Virus record (IMG/VR): IMGVR_UViG_3300032239_000345
Span: 1 to 32,755 of that record
Source: a virus
Lineage: Duplodnaviria; Caudoviricetes
Direction: 5' to 3' (one strand)
Length of the DNA: 32,755 nucleotides
Part shown: positions 18,777 through 26,909 of the stretch, in pieces
Layout of the letters: each line of letters opens with the position of its first letter
How positions within the stretch are numbered: the first letter of the stretch is position 1
The notes under the pieces: model-generated
What the model was told of the DNA's origin: nothing
Seen by the model: only the letters and a program-made list of their open reading frames with translations
Databases searched by the model: none
Translations under genes and position numbers: made by a program

Positions 18777-19511
18777 ATGAGTTTTGGAAAAAGCAGTGGA
18801 GGCGGAACAACAACAACCATTCCGTCACTAAGCCCTGAACAAAATGCGATGATAGCCGCACAAACTGGTTTATACACAGGCACTATTGGCCCAGCATATC
18901 AAACAGCGGTAAATGGCGCAACCAGCATGTATAACAACACAGCAGGTGGGGTAAATGCCGCGGCCCAAAACTTGGCTGGCACTGCCGCACAGGCACAACA
19001 AACATTGGGTTCAACAGGCGAAAGTGCATTAAGAACTGGTATCAGTGGATTACAAAACTTATACAGTCCTGAATATGAACAGAATCAATTGCAGGCTGCA
19101 TTGATGCCTGGGCAAGCACAATACGCACAAAACATGGCCAATCAAAAGGCACAGTTTGGTGGCACAGGCGAATTAGGTTCTGCACGTGAAGCTCTAGCTG
19201 GCGCACAAACTGCTGGCGCAACACAGGCCGCACAATTCCAGGCAGCGGCCAATGTTCAAAATCAAATTGCACAACAACGTATGCAGGCTGGCCAAAGTCT
19301 TATTGGTGCTGGTCAAACAGGCATTGGTGGTGCATTGGGTGCGGCTGGTCAAGGCATTACTGCCGCAATGGCTCCACAGCAATTATACAATCAATATGCC
19401 AGTGTGTTATTTGGAACTCCACAAGGCGCTTACTTGCCTAACTTTGCAGGCACACAAGGTAGCACGGTTAATTCCAACCAAAACTCAAGTAATTTTGGAA
19501 TTAAAATTTAA
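18777..19511 (+). CDS. DNA ejection (pilot) protein, P22 gp7-like position
   Basis: MSFGKSSGGGTTTT start, Ala/Gln/Gly-rich helices, FGG...GS.R motif. Confidence 0.65.
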   Translation: MSFGKSSGGGTTTTIPSLSPEQNAMIAAQTGLYTGTIGPAYQTAVNGATSMYNNTAGGVNAAAQNLAGTAAQAQQTLGSTGESALRTGISGLQNLYSPEYEQNQLQAALMPGQAQYAQNMANQKAQFGGTGELGSAREALAGAQTAGATQAAQFQAAANVQNQIAQQRMQAGQSLIGAGQTGIGGALGAAGQGITAAMAPQQLYNQYASVLFGTPQGAYLPNFAGTQGSTVNSNQNSSNFGIKI

Positions 19512-19520
19512 GGAACCCAT

Positions 19521-22097
19521 ATGGCAGATTTTCTAAGCGACATAGGCAGTGCTTTTGGACAAAGTTTGACCAACAGGTTCAACAATGCTACCAGCGCATT
19601 TACTGATCCAGAACAAACTTTTGTTAACAGAGTAAACACATCATTAGGTGTAAACACCAGTACACAGGCCACTCCTGTTACGGCTCCTGTTAATCCACAA
19701 ATGGGTCCAACCATTGAGGCCAGTCAGGGTCTACAACCCAACAATCCATTGAACAATCCTAAAGGTGCTCCTATAGCTCCAGCACAGCCACCAGCACCTA
19801 TATTGGACAGCAATCAGATCAATCCCACCACTGTTAGTGCTCCTATTAATCCTGCGGCCAATCAAGTTCAACCCACACAATTGCCTAAAACAGGTCCAGC
19901 ACAACCAGGTGCAAATTATTTGCAACAAGTTGGACAACAAGAAAGCGGTAACAATCCTAACATTGGTTATCATTATCCTGCCAATGCACAAGGTCAAAGA
20001 ACCAGCAGTGCGTTTGGTCAATATGGTATTACCTCTGGTGCTTATCAAGATATTCAAAAGGCTGATCCATATTTTGCTGGCAAAGCAATTACTGAATTAA
20101 CACCTGAAGATCAAAATCGTGCGGCACAAGTATATACTGGTCTAAATGGCAAACAATTACAAAACTTAGGTGTTGATTCCAATCCCACAAACCTGCGTCT
20201 AGCACATTTCTTAGGTGCAACTGGTGCTGCCAACTATTTGAACAATGGTACAATTAGTCCTGCGGCAGCACAGGCCAATGGTGGTGAAGCCAAAGTGCGT
20301 CATATTATTGATAGTATTGTAAAAGGCACTGCACAAAACGTTAGTGCTCCTCCAGCCCCAGCGGCTGCTGTTGTGCCAGGACAACAACCTAGTTCAGCAC
20401 CTGCTGAACAAGCACCTTCAACTGCATTTACAGGTCAAGGCATTACTATGCCTGGTGGCTTTACTCAACAGCATCTTGAAGATTTAAATGGTAGTGATCC
20501 AAACAAAATTAAAAATCTTGCATTTGGATTAGGTACACCACCAGCAGTTCAAAGTGCGGCGTTTGATAAATTGTATGATAGTGCAACAGTTGCTCGTAAA
20601 ATGGCACAGGTTCAACAAAAAGTTGAAACAGATATTGCCAATAACAAAATGCCTAACTTAAATGCCAGAGGCGAAGAAGGTAGTTATATCAAGGCCTATT
20701 TGTTTAAGCGTTTGGGATTGGATGATCTTGCTAAACAAGAACAACAAAAGATTAGTCCTGAATTACATTATAGCCCTGTGCTATTAGACAACGGTGAGCA
20801 CTATCAAGTTAAGTTTGATAAAAACAGCAATCAAGTTTTAGGTGCGTGGGACAGCGAAGGTGCTCCTGTTTCTGATTCTAAAAAGTTAGGACAGATTGCT
20901 GCCATGTCAATCAATCCTAAAAATGCCGCACAACATGCACAAGTGTTTGCTGATCCAACAGGTGCGGTTAAAGGCACATTTGTTCTTGAAACACGTAATG
21001 GTGGACAACCAGTTTACAAACGTGTGGGTGGTGGATCAGATGCTACTCCAGCAGAAGCCGCAGTGCTTAAAGCACAAGGTGTTCAAGGTAGCCTTGAATA
21101 TCAAGCTATGCAACAAAATCAGAAGAACCAAGGTAAACTTGAAACTCTTAAGCGTGAACTTGATATTAGATTATCCATGTTACCTGCTCAAGAACACAAC
21201 AAGTATATTAGCAAGTTTAATGCTGAAAATGGAACTACTTTCCCATTAATGGCGGCACCAGGCATGCCTGCTAATACAGCGGCACCAGGAGCAACAGCAA
21301 CTCCAGGCGCACCTGCAATGGCGGCACCTGCGGCAGGTGGAGCACCAGCGGCTACAAGTGGAGCACCAGCGGCTACAAGTGGAACACCAGGCGCACCTGC
21401 AATGGCGGCACCTGCGGCAGGTGTAGCACCAGCGGCTACAAGTGGAGCACCAGGCGCTGTTACAGCACCAGGCACTGTGCCTGGAGCAACAGCAATGCGT
21501 CCAGCTAGCGAGTTTGCTAATCCTGCGGCTTATGAAGCATACAAGAAAGCCAAAGCACAACAAGATAAAGATTTGGCCAATGGAGTTGCTAAAGTTCAAT
21601 TGGCATTACCACAATATGAATCCAATGCTGAACAATTATTAGATACTGTTCATAGTCTAGTGGGAACAGAAAAGAATCCTGCTCCAGGCTTTGAAGAAAA
21701 TGTAGGTGTTAAAGGTTGGAAGCAAGGTTTTGGTGCATGGAATCCATTACCAGGAACAGAAGGACGTGGATGGCAAGCCAAGTATCAACAACTTATGGGT
21801 CAAGAATTCTTGGATGCATTTGCACAACTTAGAGGTGCAGGTGCTATCAGTAATCAAGAAGGTCAAACTGCTACCAAGGCACGTGCGGCTTTGAGTGATC
21901 CAGGAATTAGTGAAGCAGATTTCCGTAAGAATGCCAAGATACTTGAAGACACAGTAATGAAAGGTGTTAACCGTCAACGCGAATTGGCGGGACTTCCACC
22001 TAAATATGATCTTAGTACTGGTCAAGTAATTCAATCAAATGCTCCATCTGCTCCAAGCGGTGGTATTAAAATTATCAAGCGTGAGAAAATACAATGA
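19521..22097 (+). CDS. Internal virion/ejection protein with lysozyme-fold (lytic transglycosylase-like) domain
   Basis: QQESG (catalytic Glu), SSAFGQYGIT, PEDQ and LRLAHFLGATGA motifs at about aa 133-265; C-terminal LRGAGAISNQEG motif. Confidence 0.75.
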   Translation: MADFLSDIGSAFGQSLTNRFNNATSAFTDPEQTFVNRVNTSLGVNTSTQATPVTAPVNPQMGPTIEASQGLQPNNPLNNPKGAPIAPAQPPAPILDSNQINPTTVSAPINPAANQVQPTQLPKTGPAQPGANYLQQVGQQESGNNPNIGYHYPANAQGQRTSSAFGQYGITSGAYQDIQKADPYFAGKAITELTPEDQNRAAQVYTGLNGKQLQNLGVDSNPTNLRLAHFLGATGAANYLNNGTISPAAAQANGGEAKVRHIIDSIVKGTAQNVSAPPAPAAAVVPGQQPSSAPAEQAPSTAFTGQGITMPGGFTQQHLEDLNGSDPNKIKNLAFGLGTPPAVQSAAFDKLYDSATVARKMAQVQQKVETDIANNKMPNLNARGEEGSYIKAYLFKRLGLDDLAKQEQQKISPELHYSPVLLDNGEHYQVKFDKNSNQVLGAWDSEGAPVSDSKKLGQIAAMSINPKNAAQHAQVFADPTGAVKGTFVLETRNGGQPVYKRVGGGSDATPAEAAVLKAQGVQGSLEYQAMQQNQKNQGKLETLKRELDIRLSMLPAQEHNKYISKFNAENGTTFPLMAAPGMPANTAAPGATATPGAPAMAAPAAGGAPAATSGAPAATSGTPGAPAMAAPAAGVAPAATSGAPGAVTAPGTVPGATAMRPASEFANPAAYEAYKKAKAQQDKDLANGVAKVQLALPQYESNAEQLLDTVHSLVGTEKNPAPGFEENVGVKGWKQGFGAWNPLPGTEGRGWQAKYQQLMGQEFLDAFAQLRGAGAISNQEGQTATKARAALSDPGISEADFRKNAKILEDTVMKGVNRQRELAGLPPKYDLSTGQVIQSNAPSAPSGGIKIIKREKIQ
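21303..21453 (+). repeat. In-frame duplications in an Ala/Pro linker
   Basis: 67-bp unit at 21303-21369 and 21387-21453 with one mismatch; 21-bp unit ggagcaccagcggctacaagt tandem at 21339-21380. Confidence 0.9.
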
Positions 22098-23191
22098 CAG
22101 AAAGAGTAACAATTGAACAAAACGGTGAACGTTTCACTATTGAAGTTCCTGACGGGACCAGTGATGCAGATATTCAAAAGTTTTTGGCACAACAACAAGG
22201 TCAAAACACTGCCCCAGAAACTCCTGCTGAAGAACCTAAACAAGGACCAGTTGCTCCTGTTGCTGAATCTACAGCAGGACCACTTGGCGCCGTTGCTCCA
22301 GCAGTAACAGGTGCGGCATATGGAGCAGAAACTGGTTTACCTCAATTAGCTAAAAATGTAGGCGAAAATGTTGCTAGACCTGCCATGAATGCGGCTGGAA
22401 GTTATTTGAAAAATCCTATGAATGTACTTACTGACGTAGCACTAACACATATGGGTGTTCCTCCAGTTGCTGCCGCTAAAAAGTTGTATGACACTTATCA
22501 TGGTGTTTCAAAAGCAGTAAATGGATTGAATGACGCATTGAGCCAACAACCACAAGTTATTAAAAATGCATTTACTACCTTAGGTGACAAATTAGGTACA
22601 GAAGGTCAAACGGCGTTTACAGCTTTGTATGATAAAAATGTTAAAGCAATGGGAGATTCTAGTAAAGCTGTTCAACAAACTATACAAGAATTTCAACTGC
22701 CAGAATATCTAGCAAACAATGCCAAAGCCACACAAGCCTTACAAGAATTAAAACAAGGTTATAAACCAATTACCACAATGGGCAAGGTTGGTGCAGTAGC
22801 AGGACCATTATTGCGCGGTGCAGGTCGTGTATTGGGTCCAGCAGGTATGGCTATGAATCTTTATGATGCGGCAAACTTTGCACAAGAAGCTGACTTAGGT
22901 GGACGACTAGCCAGAGGTGAAGGTAAACTAGCACCCCAGGCATTTAGAAGTCTACTAAATCAAAATGTCAGTGGCTATCAACCTACACCTGATGAGATGC
23001 GTAATCTTTTAGCATCTGGTGATCAACGAATGATTCAGATGTATACCCAAGCCGCACAAGCACAAAAAGCACAACAAGAAGACGTTCAACGTCAACGCCA
23101 ATTGAAAAACATGCGTCAAAATGTAAACCCCAATTTACCCAACGCATTTACCAGTGGCTTTGCACAACAATTAAATAATGGCACCAAATAA
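22094..23191 (+). CDS. Probable ejection/internal virion protein
   Basis: N-terminal G.RF.IEVPDG.S..DI motif, Gly/Ala amphipathic segments; ATGA overlap with the upstream gene. Confidence 0.6.
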   Translation: MTERVTIEQNGERFTIEVPDGTSDADIQKFLAQQQGQNTAPETPAEEPKQGPVAPVAESTAGPLGAVAPAVTGAAYGAETGLPQLAKNVGENVARPAMNAAGSYLKNPMNVLTDVALTHMGVPPVAAAKKLYDTYHGVSKAVNGLNDALSQQPQVIKNAFTTLGDKLGTEGQTAFTALYDKNVKAMGDSSKAVQQTIQEFQLPEYLANNAKATQALQELKQGYKPITTMGKVGAVAGPLLRGAGRVLGPAGMAMNLYDAANFAQEADLGGRLARGEGKLAPQAFRSLLNQNVSGYQPTPDEMRNLLASGDQRMIQMYTQAAQAQKAQQEDVQRQRQLKNMRQNVNPNLPNAFTSGFAQQLNNGTK

Positions 23192-23197
23192 TAGGAA

Positions 23198-23659
23198 ATG
23201 AACATGAGTGTAGAACAAGCCTTAACCAAAGTATTCTGTAGCAATTATGTTGCCTACCACAAAAGCCACGCGGCACATGTCAACATAGTGGGCAGAAATT
23301 TTGGCTCAGATCACAAGCTATTAGAGAAGGTTTACACTGATTTAGAGGCTGAAATTGACACAATTGGCGAACTTTTACGCACAATTGACGCCTATTTTCC
23401 ACTGACACTAGCTGACACTATGGCGGGCAGTGATATCCCTGATGACCTCTTGCCAGACTTCAATGATGGTTTGGATTACATTCAACAGGTCTATGATGAC
23501 CTTGAAAAGTTAATTGAAGTTTATCTTGAATTGGAAGATGAAACACAAAACGAACGTGGCTATAATCATCTAGCCAACTACGCACAGGATCGTGTTCGTG
23601 CATTGAAAAAACACAATTGGATGTTGGGTGCAACGCTCAACGGTCGCATGACATTTTAA
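23198..23659 (+). CDS. dps: Dps / DNA-binding ferritin-like protein
   Basis: H..H.N..G.NF...H.LLE..Y.......D.IGE..R signature with ferroxidase His, His, Asp, Glu; C-terminal KH.WML. Confidence 0.9.
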   Translation: MNMSVEQALTKVFCSNYVAYHKSHAAHVNIVGRNFGSDHKLLEKVYTDLEAEIDTIGELLRTIDAYFPLTLADTMAGSDIPDDLLPDFNDGLDYIQQVYDDLEKLIEVYLELEDETQNERGYNHLANYAQDRVRALKKHNWMLGATLNGRMTF

Positions 23660-23685
23660 ATACCCAGTTTTCCATATCCTTAAAT

Positions 23686-23967
23686 ATGGGTATGGAAAGC
23701 ATTAAGTTTAATCAAATTATTAATCAACGCATCAAGATGGTGCGTAAAAGTTCTAGCAAATACAATCCTGGTGAACCAAGAGAAGATAGCCTTGTGCCAG
23801 AACTTATTCCTGTGCCCACGATGTGTAACGATTGCGGGCGTACAGTGACAGGTCTTGAACAAAAGATTTATGTGTTTAAGATTGGCACACCCCGTCAAGA
23901 ATGGCGAAAGAAATGCACAACCTGCAAGGAATTTGTGCCATTGAATAAGCCAAATATTTTAAAATAG
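23686..23967 (+). CDS. Small zinc-ribbon protein (start uncertain: 23686 or 23737)
   Basis: CNDC...CTTC pairs. Confidence 0.65.
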   Translation: MGMESIKFNQIINQRIKMVRKSSSKYNPGEPREDSLVPELIPVPTMCNDCGRTVTGLEQKIYVFKIGTPRQEWRKKCTTCKEFVPLNKPNILK

Positions 23968-23968
23968 G

Positions 23969-23997
23969 TTGACTTTTGCCGTGTATTCCAGTATCAT
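23969..23997 (+). promoter_or_regulatory. Sigma70-type promoter P1
   Basis: TTGACT (23969-74), 17 nt spacer, TATCAT (23992-97); no ORF follows before the terminator. Confidence 0.75.
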
Positions 23998-24003
23998 TGT
24001 TTT

Positions 24004-24215
24004 ATAACATATAAATAATGTTGTGATGGTAGTTTGTATCTCCTCAGAAAAGTCAATTAGTTTTCCATCACACTTGTATTATTCGTCATCAACATGTTTG
24101 GTTTAATATCATTCTTTTAATGACTCCATTGGTTATGCAGGCAAGGCTCTTCAATAAACAATAATACAAGTTCAAATCCCCTAATTAGTGCAATGCTAGT
24201 TAGGGGATTTTTTTT
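24004..24215 (+). ncRNA. Putative structured multi-target antisense RNA (sRNA1)
   Basis: Bounded by a promoter and a terminator; stems 24022-29/24065-72 (8 bp) and 24072-83/24160-71 (12 bp); enclosed sequences are complementary to 24267-24336 and 26003-26011. Confidence 0.75.
24174..24215 (+). terminator. Intrinsic terminator of sRNA1
   Basis: aaatcccctaattag pairs with ctagttaggggattt (one G-U), ending in an 8-T run. Confidence 0.9.
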
Positions 24216-24226
24216 GGTTTGTCTGA

Positions 24227-24255
24227 TTGACAAAGTCAATAATATCATATATACT
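24227..24255 (+). promoter_or_regulatory. Sigma70-type promoter P2 (polymerase-like gene)
   Basis: TTGACA (24227-32), 17 nt spacer, TATACT (24250-55); overlaps a CTAAATA box at 24254-60. Confidence 0.85.
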
Positions 24256-24288
24256 AAATATTAGACAGCCTTGCCGCTAACAGAAGAC

Positions 24289-24318
24289 ATGGAGACGTTT
24301 TTGAAAGAAGCTATATGA
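24289..24318 (+). CDS. Putative leader peptide (uORF) METFLKEAI
   Basis: ATG...TGA within the P2 leader, ending just before the SD (TAAGGA) of 24334; an in-frame TTG at 24301 follows GGAG. Confidence 0.35.
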   Translation: METFLKEAI

Positions 24319-24333
24319 TATTAAGGAAACATT

Positions 24334-25350
24334 TTGAATTACATACCAAATTATAACAATAAAGCATTTCGCCGTAGAGCCACAATGGCTTTACAATTCG
24401 TAAAACAATTTGTTAAACGAACTCAACCCAATTGGTTAAGCACTCGTTGGATCCATGATCCAAAGCATTTTGGACAAGCTGGAAAACCTATTAGTGAATA
24501 TCTCAAAGAACAATTGCTAATATGCACTGATCACCATTTTAATTGGCAAACTGGTAAATGCAAATACTATGTGCAAAATGTAGATGGTATCAAACAGCTT
24601 GAACAGGCACTTAATGGGCCTGTAATAAAACCAACAATTACAGCCAAATTGGAATCCCAATTGGACACTGGTGAATTTGAATATAATGATTCCAGTGACA
24701 GATTATATAACCCCTTACAGAATTTGCCTGTGTATGTTAAAAGGGATCTGTTATCTAACAAGGGCTACAACTACAATTATGATATTGTTTGCGCCGCACC
24801 TACTTTGTTGTATCAACACGCACAACGTCAAGGACTAAACAAACAACTCACGTACCTTGAATTTTACATAGCTAATAGAAGTAAAGTTCGCGATGAACTT
24901 GCTATCAAATACAAATTGGAGTTAAAACAAGTTAAGCAATTACTTACAAGTTTATTCCAAGGAGCATATCTATCTGTTAATCACACAACCAGTTGTTATC
25001 ATCTCCTAAATGGAAACTATCATTTAATTAAACAATTACAAGCAGATCCATTCTTGTTTGAACTAAGAAGTGATATCAAACAGATGTGGAAAGCAATTAC
25101 TCCTCAAATGAAACTACAACTTAATAAAAAAAGAATATGTAGTAAAGATAAAACTGCCAAATACAGAGAACTTGAACGAAATGTAATGAATGTGATTAAG
25201 AGAGAACTTCGTAGAACTAAGAACAGACATTTACTTCAACATGATGGTTGGACTAGTAAGGAGATATGTGATGTGAATATGTTAAGGAGTTATGTGAGAA
25301 GTCACACTGGGTTTGTAATAGAAATTGATTGTGAAATTTATGTCAACTAA
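24334..25350 (+). CDS. Stand-alone minimal family-A-like (TV-Pol-like) polymerase/primase domain protein
   Basis: RLYNPLQNLP (cf. GRLSS..PNLQNIP), motif A YDIVCAAP, motif B KQLLTSLFQG, YRELE, motif C LLQHDG; no exonuclease or helicase domain; TTG start with SD TAAGGA. Confidence 0.72.
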   Translation: MNYIPNYNNKAFRRRATMALQFVKQFVKRTQPNWLSTRWIHDPKHFGQAGKPISEYLKEQLLICTDHHFNWQTGKCKYYVQNVDGIKQLEQALNGPVIKPTITAKLESQLDTGEFEYNDSSDRLYNPLQNLPVYVKRDLLSNKGYNYNYDIVCAAPTLLYQHAQRQGLNKQLTYLEFYIANRSKVRDELAIKYKLELKQVKQLLTSLFQGAYLSVNHTTSCYHLLNGNYHLIKQLQADPFLFELRSDIKQMWKAITPQMKLQLNKKRICSKDKTAKYRELERNVMNVIKRELRRTKNRHLLQHDGWTSKEICDVNMLRSYVRSHTGFVIEIDCEIYVN

Positions 25351-25411
25351 TAAAAGCAAAATAGCAAAATACAGATTATATTGTATACCTTTTTAAAGAA
25401 AGATAGATAAA

Positions 25412-25822
25412 ATGAAAGAATTGTACCCTTGTTTAACACATATATTTGATAATTTAAATTTAAGAAAAATGAAAGCCTATTTGGAATATGTTGAAGGCGG
25501 TTATTATGACCACCCAGATGAACTTTTTTTAGAATCTCTGTGGGAAGATGTTCATGATAAATTTGATACAACATTACCAAAAGACATTTCCATTTGGGAT
25601 CGTTATATTGCTCATGATCAATTAGATTTTAAATTATATCAAAATGGATTGTTATGGAATCTTGAATATGAAGGATCTTGGTTTGTTAATAATTTTTATA
25701 GACCATCAAATTCACTTGACGAACTTATGAATGAAGAAAATTTTTATGATGAATTAGAAAAAATAAGTCCATTTAGAACTATTAAGGAGAATAAAAATGA
25801 AAAAATCAATACCCCCATATGA
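25412..25822 (+). CDS. Acidic hypothetical protein
   Basis: 136-aa ORF rich in Asp/Glu and aromatics, in the AT-rich early region. Confidence 0.7.
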   Translation: MKELYPCLTHIFDNLNLRKMKAYLEYVEGGYYDHPDELFLESLWEDVHDKFDTTLPKDISIWDRYIAHDQLDFKLYQNGLLWNLEYEGSWFVNNFYRPSNSLDELMNEENFYDELEKISPFRTIKENKNEKINTPI

Positions 25823-25994
25823 AAAACACGCTAACCATACAGTGGAAATTCGTACAACACATTTTCATAATGGTTATTACTATATGTGTTCAGATTGCTT
25901 ACTTCATTTAGGTTGGCTTTCCAAACAAGAAGTTGCCCAAGCAAAATCCTTAGGCTTGACAAAAACAAACGATACCAGTATAATTAATAAATAA
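25797..25994 (+). CDS. Small putative zinc-binding protein
   Basis: HANH...H...CSDC...WLS; SD TAAGGAG. Confidence 0.7.
   Translation: MKKSIPPYEKHANHTVEIRTTHFHNGYYYMCSDCLLHLGWLSKQEVAQAKSLGLTKTNDTSIINK
25956..25984 (+). promoter_or_regulatory. Sigma70-type promoter P3
   Basis: Perfect TTGACA (25956-61), 17 nt spacer, TATAAT (25979-84); ATAAATA box at 25987-93. Confidence 0.9.
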
Positions 25995-26017
25995 ACTTGT
26001 TACTGAGGAGAAATGAA

Positions 26018-26449
26018 ATGAAAACTTTAACACCAAGAATTGAAAATAAAATTAAGAGAATAGTAACGTTTGTAGATATTATAAACTACTATTATGATGA
26101 ACATCCTGATGGTCTAAATGATAACAAAGAGTTTTGGGACATATTTCATGAGTATGTAAATCCATTAAGTGAGGATTGGGTCATAGATACAGAAGAAATT
26201 CTGCATGAACATTTTAGTCCTTATTTTCAAAAATATCCCTATGTGAATATAGGTACAGAACATTTAAAAAAATCTATATTGCTAGGCAAACCCTTGACCA
26301 AACCAGATGTTCCCAGTAAAAACAGAAACACTTTAAGGGCTTGGTTCAATATTAGAGATGTGATCAATGAGATTAGTGGCTATGAACCACCCAAGCGGCC
26401 TAAACCAGCCAGTGATAATCCATTTGATAATTTATTTGATAGGAATTAA
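26018..26449 (+). CDS. Hypothetical early protein; RBS complementary to sRNA1 hairpin I
   Basis: SD GAGGAG at 26005-10, ATG 26018; first gene after P3. Confidence 0.8.
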   Translation: MKTLTPRIENKIKRIVTFVDIINYYYDEHPDGLNDNKEFWDIFHEYVNPLSEDWVIDTEEILHEHFSPYFQKYPYVNIGTEHLKKSILLGKPLTKPDVPSKNRNTLRAWFNIRDVINEISGYEPPKRPKPASDNPFDNLFDRN

Positions 26450-26450
26450 C

Positions 26451-26909
26451 ATGAGTAATATTAAACATCCATTATATCGCAGATACAATTACATACAACA
26501 GGTCACTGAAAATCCCAACAATCCAGACTATAACAAGTATGGCGGCGGCGTTGGTATTAAGAACTTGTTTAGTTCATTTGAACAATTTGCTCAACACATA
26601 GAATCTACAATTGGTCTACCACCCTCACCCAAACATAGACTGCATAGGATTGATCAACAAGGCCATTTTGCTCCTGGCAATTTTGAATGGGCAGATCAAA
26701 AAACAGTTTCACGCAGTCAACGAAGCAATATAAAAATTACCTACAAAGGTGAAACCCGTTGTTTGAGCGAGTGGGCTGAATTATTTGACATTAATTATTG
26801 GACTGCTGTGCAACGATTAAGTGCTGGCTGGAACATCAAAGATGTATTGCACACAAGACCTAGGTACATGGGTGCAAGAACCAATCCTGGCTATTATGAA
26901 CGCTATTGA
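26451..26909 (+). CDS. HNH-like endonuclease family protein, possibly degenerate, with C-terminal DNA-binding domain
   Basis: HPLY...NP...Y.KYGG..GI...F..F...G.PP....L.RID..G.F.PGN..WA, then ITYKGET..LSEWA...RL..GW; SD AGGA. Confidence 0.75.
   Translation: MSNIKHPLYRRYNYIQQVTENPNNPDYNKYGGGVGIKNLFSSFEQFAQHIESTIGLPPSPKHRLHRIDQQGHFAPGNFEWADQKTVSRSQRSNIKITYKGETRCLSEWAELFDINYWTAVQRLSAGWNIKDVLHTRPRYMGARTNPGYYERY

Noticed and set aside
21303-21453. CRISPR-like array
   Set aside because: The repeats are in-frame coding duplications without unique spacers, and there are no cas genes.
444-23659. Alternative genetic code or intron/intein interruptions
   Set aside because: Genes tile tightly under the standard bacterial code, and terminase and capsid are of normal length without intein motifs.
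26294-26322. Additional sigma70 promoter TTGACC-N17-TAAAAA
   Set aside because: Weak -10 box lacking the final T, inside a gene in AT-rich sequence.
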